This document shows, in pieces, positions 48,301 to 60,300 of a DNA stretch of 64,000 nt. The stretch comes from Longimicrobiales bacterium. Its GTDB lineage: Bacteria; Gemmatimonadota; Gemmatimonadetes; Longimicrobiales; Gaopeijiaceae. The stretch is taken from assembly GCA_965204735.1 (NCBI GenBank), contig OZ242008.1, forward strand, positions 1-64,000. Reading direction: 5' to 3'. Every line of letters starts with the position of its first letter. The stretch's first letter is position 1. Below the pieces are notes generated by a model. The model did not search any database and was not told where the DNA came from. It was given only the letters and a program-made list of their open reading frames with translations. A program made the translations under genes and the position numbers.

Positions 48301-51300
48301 GGAGCGATCAACGACGTGCGCCCGGGCGCGACTGCTGCGAGTCTGGGCCTGGGCACGAACGCAGTGACGAACGCGGCGTCGCACAAGGTTAACGGCAGCC
48401 TGGGGCCGCCGGGGGTGGTGGGATTGACGGTGGCTGCGCCGCCGGTGGGCACGACGTTCGAGCGCGGCGACACGGTGGCGGCGACGGTGACGTTCAACAA
48501 GGCGGTGGACGTGACGGGCACACCGCAGCTGGCGCTGGGGATCGGTTCGCAGACCCGTCAGGCGAGCTACGCGAGCGGCACGGGCACGACGGCGCTGATG
48601 TTCCGGTACGTGGTGGTGCAGACGGACGCGGACGCGGACGGGTTGAGCATCGGCGCGAACGCATTGGCGTTGAACGGCGGCACGATCGACGTTGCGGGCG
48701 GAACGACGGACGCCTTGCTGAGCCTGGAACACCACGCGTTCAGCAACAACGGGGCGTTGCGCGTTGCGGGCGGGACGTTCACGGCTGCGTCGGTTGCGGG
48801 CGTGGCGATCACGAGCAGCCCGTCGAGCGACAGCACGTACGGTCGTACGGAGCGGATCGAGGTCGAGGTGACGTTCGACCGCAATGTGGCGGTGACGGGT
48901 GCGCCGCAGGTGGCGTTGGGGATCGGTTCGCAGACGCGCCAGGCGGCATACGCGAGCGGGACGGGGACGAAGACGCTGGCGTTCCAGTACGCGGTGCAGG
49001 CGTCGGACGCGGATGCGAACGGCGTCAGCATCGGGGCGGTCGCGCTAGGGCTGAACGGCGGGACGATCTCGGACGCTCGGGACACGACGGTGGCGGCCGC
49101 GCTGGGGCTGGGGAGCCACGCGATTGCGAACGCTGCTGCGCACAAGGTGGACGGGAACCGGGGTCCGCCGGGGGTGACGAGCTTGACGGTCGCGTCGCCG
49201 CCCGTAGGCGACACGTTCGAGCGGGGCGACGTGATTGCGGCGACGGTGACGTTCAACCGTGCGGTGGACGTGACGGGCACGCCGCAGCTGGCGCTGGGGA
49301 TCGGTTCGCAGACCCGTCAGGCGGGCTACGCGAGTGGGAGCGGCACGACGGCGCTGGTGTTCCAGTACACGGTCGTGCAGGCCGACGCGGACGCCGACGG
49401 GTTGAGCATTGGGACGAGCGCGCTGGCGCTGAACGGCGGCACAATCCGTCTGTCGGGCGGTACGCTGGATGCGACGCTGGGTCTGGGCACGCACGCGGTG
49501 TCGAACAGCACGGGCCACAAGGTTGCGGGCGGGACGTTCACGGCGTCGTCGGTGAGCGGCGTGGCGATCACGAGCAGTCCGGCAAGCGGGGACACCTACG
49601 GCCTGGGCGAGGAGATCGAGGTCGAGGTGGCGTTCGTGCGGCCGGTGAGCGTGACGGGCACGCCGCAGCTGGCGCTGGGCGTCGGGACGGACACGGTGCA
49701 TGCGGACTACGGCTCGGGCAGTGGCACGGAGACGCTGACGTTCGGCTACACGGTCGCGGCGTCCGACGCCGACAGCGACGGGTTGAGCATCGGCGCGAGC
49801 GCGTTGGCGCTGAACGGCGGGACGATCGTCGACGCGCGCGACGGCGCGACGGCGGCGAGCCTGGGCCTGGGGTCGAACGCGATCGCCAACGCGGCGTCGC
49901 ACAAGGTGGACGGCGCGCAAGGGCCGCCGGGGGTGACCGCGCTGTTGATCGCGTCGCCCGTGGTGGGCGACACCTTCGAGCGGGGCGACACGGTGGCGGC
50001 GACGGTGACGTTCAACAAGGCGGTGGACGTGACGGGCACGCCGCAGCTGGCGCTGGCGATCGGTGCTGCGACGCGGCAGGCGTCATACGCGGGCGGCACG
50101 GGGACGGCGTCGCTGGTCTTCCGCTACGTGGTGGCGAGTGGCGACGCGGACGCGGATGGGCTCAGCATCGGCGCGGGCGCGCTGGCGCTGAACGGTGGGA
50201 CGATTGACGTGGCGGGCGGTACGACGGACGCGTTGCTGGGGCTGGGTGCCAGCGCGGTGTCGAACAGCGCGGGCCACAAGGTCGCGGGCGGCACGTTCAC
50301 GGCGGCGTCGGTGAGCGGGGTCGCGGTCACGAGCGCTCCGTCGAGCGACAGCACGTACGGTCGAACGGAGCAGATCGAGGTCGAGGTGACGTTCACGCGC
50401 CCGGTGACGGTGACGGGCGCACCGCAGCTGGTGCTGGGGATCGGCGCTGCGACGCGGCAGGCGTCGTACGCGAGCGGGAGCGGGACGACGGCGGTGACGT
50501 TCGGCTACACGGTGCAGGCGGCGGACGCGGACTCGACGGGCATCAGCATCGGCGCGAGTGCTTTGACGCTGAACGGCGGGACGATCGCCGACGCTCGGGA
50601 CGGTTCGACGGCGGCGAGCCTGGGACTGGGGAGCAACGCGATTGCGAACGCTGCTGCGCACAAGGTGGACGGCAACCGGGGTCCACCGGGGGTGACGGCG
50701 CTGACGATCAGCGCGCCTGTGGTGGGCGACACGTTCGAGCGTGGCGAGACGATCGAGGTCGCGCTGGTGTTCAACCGCGCGGTGGACGTGACGGGCGCGC
50801 CGCGACTGGCCCTGGGAATCGGGAGCGCGACGCGGCAGGCGAGCTACGCGAGCGGGACGGGCACGGACACGCTGGTGTTCCGGTACGTGGTGGCGAGCGG
50901 CGACGCGGACGCGGACGGGTTGAGCATCGGCACGAGCGCTTTGACGCTGAACGGCGGGACGATCAAGGTGGCGGGCGGAACATTGGACGCGACGTTGGGG
51001 CTGGGTTCGAGCGCGGTGACGAACAGCGGGGGCCACAAGGTTGCGGGCGGGACGTTCACGACGCCGGCGGTGAGCGGCGTGACGGTATCGAGCACGCCGG
51101 CGAGCGCGAGCACGTACCAGCTGGGCGAGTCAATCGAAGTGAAGGTGGCGTTCGGTCGTCCTGTGGCGGTGACGGGCTCGCCGCGGTTGGCGCTGACGAT
51201 CGGCACGCAGACGCGGCAGGCGGACTACGAGTCGGCGACGAGCACGGCGGACACGCTGGTGTTCGGGTACGCGGTCCGTCCGGCGGACGCGGACGCGGAC

Positions 51301-54300
51301 GGCATCAGCATCGGCGCGAGCGCGCTGGGGCTGAACGGCGGGACGATTGCGGATGTGCGTCCGGGCGCTGCGGCTGCTGCGCTGGGCCTGGGCGCGAACG
51401 CAGTGTCGAACGCGGCGTCGCACAAGGTGAACGGCAGCCTGGGGCCGCCGGGGGTGGTGGGGTTGACGGTGGCTGTGCCGCCGGTGAGCACGACGTTCGA
51501 GCGCGGCGACACGGTGGCGGTGACGGTGACGTTCAACAAGGCGGTGGACGTGACTGGGACGCCGCAGCTGACGTTGTCGATCGGGACGCAGACGCGGCAG
51601 GCCAGCTACGCTTCGGGCACGGGCACGACTGCGCTGGTGTTCCGGTACGTGGTGGTGCAGACGGACGCGGACGCGGACGGGTTGAGCGTGGGTGCGAGCG
51701 CGCTGACGCTCAACGGCGGGACGATTGACGTGGCGGGCGGAACGACGGACGCCTTGCTGAGCCTGGAGCACCATGCGATCAGCAACGACGGCGCGTTGCG
51801 CGTTGCGGGCGGGACGTTCACGGCGTCGTCGGTGAGCGGCGTGTCGATCGCGAGCGTTGCCGCAAGCGACAGCACCTACGGGTTGAGCGAGCAGATTGAG
51901 GTCGAGGTGACGTTCGTGCGGCCGGTGGCGGTGACGGGGACACCGCAGCTGGTGCTGGGGATCGGCGCTGCGACGCGGCAAGCAGACTACGCGAGCGGCA
52001 CGGGGACGAAGACGCTGGCGTTCAGCTACACGATCGCGGCCACGGATGCGGACGCAAACGGGATCAGCATCGGCACGAGCGCGCTGACGCTCAACGGCGG
52101 AACGATCGCCGACGCTCGGGACGGTTCAAGGGCGGCCAGCCTGGGCCTGGGCTCCAACGCGATCGTGAATGCGGCGGCGCACAAGGTGGACGGCACGCAG
52201 GGTCCGCCGGGCGTGATCGGCTTGGTCGTCGCGTCGCCGCCGACGGGCGACACGTTCGAGCGTGGTGACGTTGTTGTGGCGACGGTGACGTTCAACAAGG
52301 CGGTGGACGTGACGGGCACGCCGCAGCTGGTGCTGGGGATCGGGAGCCAGACGCGGCAGGCGAGCTACGCCAGCGGCACGGGTACGGCGTCGCTGGTGTT
52401 CCAGTACGTCGTGGTGACCGCGGACGCGGACGCCGACGGGCTCAGCATCGGGACGAGCGCGCTGGCGCTGAACGGCGGAACGATCGACGTGGCGGGCGGA
52501 ACGACGGACGCGGAGTTGGGGCTGGGCACCCACGCGATATCGAACAGCGCGGGCCACAAGGTAGCGGGCGGGACGTTCACGGCGTCTGCGGTGAGCGGCG
52601 TGACGGTCACGAGCAGCCCGGCGAGCGGGGACACTTACGGCCTGGGCGAGGAGATAGAGGTCGAGGCGACGTTCGTGCGGCCGGTGAGCGTGACGGGCAC
52701 GCCGCAGCTGGCGCTGGACATCGGGACCGACACGGTGCAGGCGGACTACGGCTCGGGCAGTGGCACGAAGACGCTGACGTTCAGCTACACGGTCGCGGCG
52801 GCGGACGCCGACAGCGACGGGTTGAGCATCGGCGCGAGCGCTTTGGCGTTGAACGGCGGGACGATCGTCGACGCGCGCGACGGCGCGACAGCGGCGAGCC
52901 TGGGGCTGGGGACGAACGCGATCGCCAACGCGGTGTCGCACAAGGTGGACGGCGCGCAGGGGCCGCCGGGGGTGACCGCGCTGTCGATCGCATCGCCCGT
53001 GGTAGGCGACACCTTCGAGCGGGGCGACACGATTGCGGCGACGGTGACGTTCAACAAGGCGGTGGACGTGACGGGGACCCCGCAGCTGGCGCTGGGGATC
53101 GGTGCTGCGACGCGGCAGGCGTCGTACGCGAGCGGCACGGGTACGGCGTCGCTGGTGTTCCGCTACGTGGTGGCGAGTGGCGACGCGGACGCGGACGGGT
53201 TGAGCATCGGGGCGAGCGCTTTGACGCTGAACGGCGGTACGATCGACGTGGCGGGCGGTACGACAGACGCGCTGCTGGGACTGGGCGCGAGCGCGGTCGC
53301 GAACAGCGCGGGCCACAAGGTTGCGGGCGGCACGTTCACGGCGGCGTCGGTGAGCGGGGTCGCGGTCACGAGCGCTCCGTCAAGCGACAGCACTTACGGT
53401 CGAACGGAGCAGATCGAGGTCGAGGTGACGTTCACGCGCCCGGTGACGGTGACGGGCGCACCGCAGCTGGCACTGGGGATCGGTGCTGCGACGCGGCAGG
53501 CGTCGTACGCGAGCGGGAGCGGGACGACGGCGGTGGCGTTCGGCTACACGGTGCAGGCGGCGGACGCGGACTCGACGGGCATCAGCATCGGCGCGAGTGC
53601 TTTGACGCTGAACGGCGGGACGATCGCCGACGCTCGGGACGGTTCGACGGCGGCGGTGCTGGGTCTGGGGAGCAACGCGATTGCGAATGCTCCTGGGCAC
53701 AAGGTGGACGGCAACCGGGGACCGCCGGGGGTGACGGGGCTGTCGATCAGTGCGCCGACCGTGGGCGACACCTTCGAGCGTGGCGAGACGATCGAGGTGT
53801 CGCTGGTGTTCAACCGAGCGGTGGACGTGACGGGGATGCCGCGGCTGGCGCTGACGATTGGGAGCGCGACGCGCCAGGCAAGCTACGCGAGCGGGACGGG
53901 CACGGACACGCTGGTGTTCCGGTACGTGGTGGCGAGCGGCGACGCGGACGCGGACGGGTTGAGCATCGGCGCGAGCGCGCTGGCGCTGAACGGCGGGACG
54001 ATCCGGGTTGCGGGCGGCACGCTGGACGCGACGCTGGGCCTGGGCGCGAGCGCGGTGACGAACAGCGGGGGCCACAAGGTTGCGGGCGGGACGTTCACGA
54101 CGCCGGCGGTGAGCGGCGTGACGATCTCGAGCACGCCGGCGAGCGCAAGCACGTACCAGCTGGGCGAGTCGATCGAGGTGATGGTGGCGTTCGGCCGTCC
54201 TGTGGCGGTGACGGGCTCGCCGCGGTTGGCGCTGACGATCGGCACGCAGACGCGGCAGGCCAGCTACGTGGCCGCTTCCAGCACGGCGGACACGCTGGTG

Positions 54301-57300
54301 TTCGGCTACGCGGTCCGTCCGGCGGACGCGGACGCGGACGGCATCAGCATCGGCGCGAGCGCGCTGGGGCTGAACGGCGGGACGATTGCGGACGTGCGTC
54401 CGGGCGCTGCGGCTGCTGCGCTGGGCCTGGGCGCGAACGCGGTGACGAACGACGCGTCGCACAAGGTGAACGGCAGCTTGGGGCCGCCGGGCGTGGTGGG
54501 GTTGACGGTGGCTGCGCCGCTGGTGGGCGCCACGTTCGAGCGGGGCGACACGGTGGCGGCGACGGTGACGTTCAACAAGGCAGTGGACGTGACGGGCACG
54601 CCGCAGCTGGCGCTGGGAATCGGTTCGACGACGCGGCAGGCGAGCTACGCGAGCGGCAGCGGCACGACGGCGCTGGTGTTCCGGTACGTGGTGCTGCAGG
54701 CGGACGCGGACGCAGACGGGTTGAGCATCGGCGCGAGCGCGCTGGTGCTGAACGGCGGGACGATCGACGTGGCGGGCGGTACGACGGATGCCTTGCTGAG
54801 CTTGGAGCATCATGCGATCAGCAACGACGGCGCGCGCCGAGTCGCGGGCGGGACGTTCACGGCGGCGTCGGTTGCGGGCGTGGCGATCACGAGCAGCCCG
54901 TCGAGCGACAGCACGTACGGTCGGACGGAGCGGATCGAGGTCGAGGTGACGTTCGGCCGGCGTGTGGCGGTGACGGGCACGCCGCAGGTCGCGCTGGGGA
55001 TTGGTTCGCAGACGCGGCAGGCGGACTACGCGAGCGGGACGGGGACGACGACGCTGACATTCGGCTACACGGTGGCGGCTGCGGACGCGGACGCGAACGG
55101 GATCAGCATCGGGGCGAGTGCATTGGCGCTGAACGGCGGAACGATTGCGGACGCTCGTGACGCGAGCGAGGCGGCGGGCTTGGGTCTGGGGAGCTACGCG
55201 ATTGTCAACGCGGCGGCGCACAAGGTGGACGGCAACCAAGGTCCGCCGGGGGTGAGCGGCGTGTCGGTCGAGTCGCCTCCGACGGGCGACACGTTCGAGC
55301 GGGGCGACGTGATTGCGGCGACGTTGACGTTCAACCGTGCGGTGGACGTGACGGGCACGCCGCAGCTCGGGCTGGGGATCGGTTCGCAGACCCGTCAGGC
55401 GAGCTACGCGAGCGGGAGCGGCACGACGTCGCTGGTGTTCCAGTACACGGTGGTGCAGGCCGACGCGGACGCGGACGGCATCAGCATCGGGACGAGCGCG
55501 CTGGGATTGAACGGCGGCACGATCCGGCTGTCGGGCGGCACGCTGGACGCGACTTTGGGTCTGGGCACGCACGCGATATCGAACAGCACGGGGCACAAGG
55601 TTGCAGGCGGTACGTTCACGGCTGCGGCGGTGAGCGGCGTGACGATCTCGAGCGCTCCGTCGAGCGGGGACACGTACGGACTGGGCGAGAAGATCGAGGT
55701 CGAGGTGGCGTTCGTGCGGCCGGTGAGCGTGACGGGCACGCCGCAGCTGGCGCTGACGATGGGGACCCGGACGCGCCAAGCGGAGTACGCGAGCGGGACG
55801 GGCACGAAGACGCTGACGTTCGGCTACACGGTGGCGGCTGCGGACGCCGACAGCGACGGGCTCGGCATCGGCGCGAGCGCGCTGGCGCTGAACGGCGGAG
55901 CGATCGCCGACGCTCGTGACGGTTCGACGACGGCCAGCCTGGGCTTGGGTTCCAGCGCGATTGCGAACGCGGCGTCGCACAAGGTGGACGGCGCGCAGGG
56001 TCCGCCGGGCGTGACGGGGCTGACGATCAGCTCGCCTCAGGTGGGCGACACGTTCGAGCGTGGCGAGACGATCGAGGTCAAGGTCGCGTTCAACAAGTCG
56101 GTAGCGGTGACGGGGACGCCGCAGTTGGCGCTGGGGATCGGCGCGGCGACGAAGCAGGCGAGCTACGCTGCGGGCACGGGCACGGACACGCTGGTGTTCC
56201 GGTACGTGGTGGCGGCTGCGGACGTGGATGCGGACGGGATCAGCATCGGCGCGAGCGCTTTGGCGCTGAACGGCGGGACGATCCGGGTGTCGGGCGGTAC
56301 GACGGACGCGGTGCTGGGGCTGGGCGCGAGCGCGGTTGCGAACAGCACGGGCCACAAGGTTGCGGGCGGCACGTTCACGGCGTCTGCGGTGAGCGGCGTG
56401 GCGATCACGAGCACTCCGCCGAGCGACAGCACGTACGGTCGAACGGAGCGGATCGAGGTCGAGGTGACGTTCACGCGCCCGGTGACGGTGACGGGCGCAC
56501 CGCAGCTGGCGCTGGGGATCGGTGCTGCGACGCGGCAGGCGTCGTACGCGAGCGGGAGCGGCACGACGGCGGTGGCGTTCGGCTACACGGTGCAGGCGTC
56601 GGACGCGGACTCGACGGGCATCAGCATCGGCGCGAGCGCTTTGACGCTGAACGGCGGGACGATCGCCGACGCTCGTGACGGTTCGACGGCGGCGAGCCTG
56701 GGACTGGGGAGCAACGCGATCGCGAACGCTGCCGCGCACAAGGTAGACGGCAGCCGCGGGCCCCCGGGGGTGACGGGGCTGTCGATCAGTGCGCCGACGG
56801 TGGGCGACACCTTCGAGCGTGGCGAGACGATCGAGGTGTCGCTGGTGTTCAACCGCACGGTGGACGTGACGGGGACGCCGCGGCTGGCACTGACGATCGG
56901 GAGCGCGACGCGGCAGGCGAGCTACGCATCGGGGACGGGGACGGACACGCTGGTGTTCCGGTACGCAGTGGCGAGCGGCGACGCGGACGCGGACGGGTTG
57001 AGCATCGGCGCGAGCGCGCTGGCGCTGAACGGCGGGACGATCCGGGTCGTGGGCGGCACGTTGGACGCGACGCTGGGGCTGGGCGCGAGCGCGGTGTCGA
57101 ACAGCACGGGCCACAAGGTTGCGGGCGGGACGTTCACGACGCCGGCGGTGACAGCGGTGACAGTGTCGAGCACGCCGGCGAGCGCGAGCACGTACCAGCT
57201 GGGCGAGTCAATCGAGGTGAAGGTGGCGTTCGGCCGTCCGGTGGCGGTGACGGGCTCGCCGCGTCTGGCGCTGACGATCGGGACGCAGACGCGGCAAGCG

Positions 57301-60300
57301 AGCTACGAGGCGTCGTCGAGCAAGGCGGACACGCTGGTGTTCGGCTACGCAATCCGTTCGGCCGACGCGGACACCGACGGGATCAGCATCGGCGCGAGCG
57401 CGCTGACGCTGAACGGTGGGGCGATTGTGGATGTGCGCCCAGGCGCTGCAACTGCTGCGCTGGGACTGGGCGCGAACGCAGTGTCGAACGCGGCGGCGCA
57501 CAAGGTGAACGGCAGCTTGGGGCCGCCGGGCGTCGTGGGGTTGTCGGTGGCTGCGCCGCTGGTCGGCGACACCTTCGAGCGCGGCGACACGGTGGCGGTG
57601 ACGGTGACGTTCAACAAGGCGGTGGACGTGACGGGCACGCCGCAGTTGGCGTTGTCGATTGGGACGCAGACGCGGCAGGCCGGCTACGCATCGGGGACGG
57701 GCACGACGGTGCTGGTGTTCCGGTACGTGGTGGCGCAGGCGGACGCGGACACGGACGGGTTGAGCATCGGCGCGAGCGCCTTGGCGCTGAACGGCGGAAC
57801 GATCGATGTGGCGGGCGGAACGACGGACGCGCTGCTGAGCCTGGCGCACCACGCGATCAGCAACGACGGCACGCGCCGCGTGGCGGGCGGGACGTTCACG
57901 GCGGCGTCGGTGAGCGGCGTGTCGATCCAGAGCAGCCCGGCGGGCGGCAGCACGTACGGGCTGAGCGAGCAGATCGAGGTTGAGGTGACGTTCAACCGCA
58001 CCGTGGCGGTGACGGGCGCGCCGCAGCTGGCGCTGACGATCGGTTCGCGGACCCGGCAGGCGGCGTACGTCTCGGTGACCGCCGGCAAGCAGCTGACGTT
58101 CCGGTACGAGGTGGTGGCTGGGGACATGGACGCGAACGGGTTGAGCGTGGGCGCGAGTGCTTTGACGCTGAACGGCGGAACGATCGTGGACGCCCGCGAC
58201 GGGACCATTGCTGCGAGCCTGGGGCTTGGCAGCCACGCGATATCGAGCGACGCGGCCCATCGCGTGGACGGCGCCCAGGGACCGCCGGGCGTGAGCGGCG
58301 TGTCGGTCGCGTCGCCGCCGGTCGGCGACACCTTCGAGCGGGGCGACACGGTGGTCGCGACGGTGACGTTCAACAAGGCGGTGGACGTGACGGGCACACC
58401 GCAGCTGTCGCTGACGATCGGCGTTGCGACGAAGCAGGCGGCGTACGCTTCGGGGACAGGCACGGCGTCGCTGGTGTTCCAGTACTTGGTTGTGCAGTCG
58501 GACGCGGACACGGACGGGTTGAGCATCGGGGCGAGCGCGCTGGCGCTCAACGGCGGAACGATCGACGTAGCAGGCGGGACGGTGGACGCCGTCCTGGGGT
58601 TGGGCGCCCACGCGGTGACGAACAGCGCGGGCCACAAGGTTGCGGGCGGGACGTTCACGGCGGCGTCGGTGAGCGGCGTGTCGCTGACGAGTTCGCCGGC
58701 GGTGGCGACGACGTACGGTCGCGACGAGCAGATCGAGGTGCAGGTGACGTTCAACCGTCGCGTGACGGTGACGGGCACGCCACAGGTTGCGCTGACGGTG
58801 GGCGCGCAGACGCGGCAGGCGGACTACGCGAGCGGGACGGGCACGTACACGCTGACGTTCCGCTACACGGTGGCGGCTGCGGACGCGGACACTGACGGGA
58901 TCAGCATCGGCCCGAGCGCGCTGGCGCTGAACAGCGGCACGATCAACGACGCCCGGGACGGCACGACGGCAGCGGCGTTGGGACTGGGCAGTCATGCGTT
59001 GAGCGCTGCTGCGGGCCACAAAGTGGACGGGACCCTGGCGGGCGCGTCGGTGACGGACGTCGCGGTGTCGAGCACGCCGGAGAGCGGCGACACCTACGGC
59101 CTGGGCGAGCGGATCGAGGTGAAGGTGACGTTCGACCGGACGGTGACGGTGACGGGCGCGCCCCAGCTGGCGCTGACGGTGGGCACGGCGACGCGGCAGG
59201 CGAGCTACGCCGGTGGCAGCGGCACGGCGACGCTGTGGTTCGCGTACCGCGTGCAGGGCGCGGGCAGTGGCGGCAGCGGCACGGGCGGCGTGGACGCCGA
59301 CGCGGACGGGATCGGCGTTGCGGCGGGCGCGCTGACGCTGAACGGCGCCAGGATCGTGAACACGGCGGACGGTGTACCGGCGGTTCTGGGTCTAGGCAGC
59401 CACGCGATCGCGGCGGCTGCGAACGACAAGGTGGACGGCACGATCGAGGTGGCGCCGGTGGTGGTGGGGATGACGGTGACGAGCACGCCGGGGGCGAGCG
59501 GGCTGTACGGTCCCCGGAGCGTGATCCGGGTGGCGGTAACGTTCAGCAGGCCGGTCGAGGTGGCGGGGGCGTCGCAGCGGGCGGGCTACATGTCGGCGGT
59601 CACTGTTCCGGTGCGGCTGGCGATCGAGATGGAGGCTCGGACGCGCCATGCGAGCTACGCTTCGGGTTCGGGCACGCCGGTGCTGGTGTTCGAGTACCGG
59701 GTGCAGCCTGCGGACCGGGACCCGGACGGCATTAGCATCCGCGCCGACGCGCTGGCCGGGTCGGTTGGCGCGGTGCGGATAGCGGGCGGCACGACGGCGG
59801 CGGTGCTGGACCTGGGCAGCTACGCGGTGGAGAACCTGGAGGAGCACCAGGTGAACGGGGCCGGGGGCACGGACCCCGTGTTCGGTCGCGCGGAGTACGA
59901 GTTCGAGCTGACGGAGGACGAGGCGGGGCCGGTGGTGGTGGGGACGGTGAGTGCGACGGACCCCTTCGGCGGCGAGGTGACGTACTCGCTGGCGGCGGGC
60001 GACGAGGGCCTCTTCGAGGTGGACGCGCGCACCGGCGAGGTGCGGTACGTGGGGACGGGCGAGGACGCGGAGGCGCGTTCGGAGTTCGTGATGATCGTGC
60101 GCGCGACGGCCGACGACGGGGAGCGGACGGGCGACGCGACGGTGACGGTGCGGCTGGTGAACCTGAACGACGCGCCGGTGTTCACTGCGGAGCGCTACGC
60201 CTTCGCCATGGCGGAGAACGTTGCGGGGCCGCTGGCGCTGGGCGTGGCGGAGGCGGTGGACCTGGACGAGGGCGACACGCTGACGTACCGGCTGGCGGCG

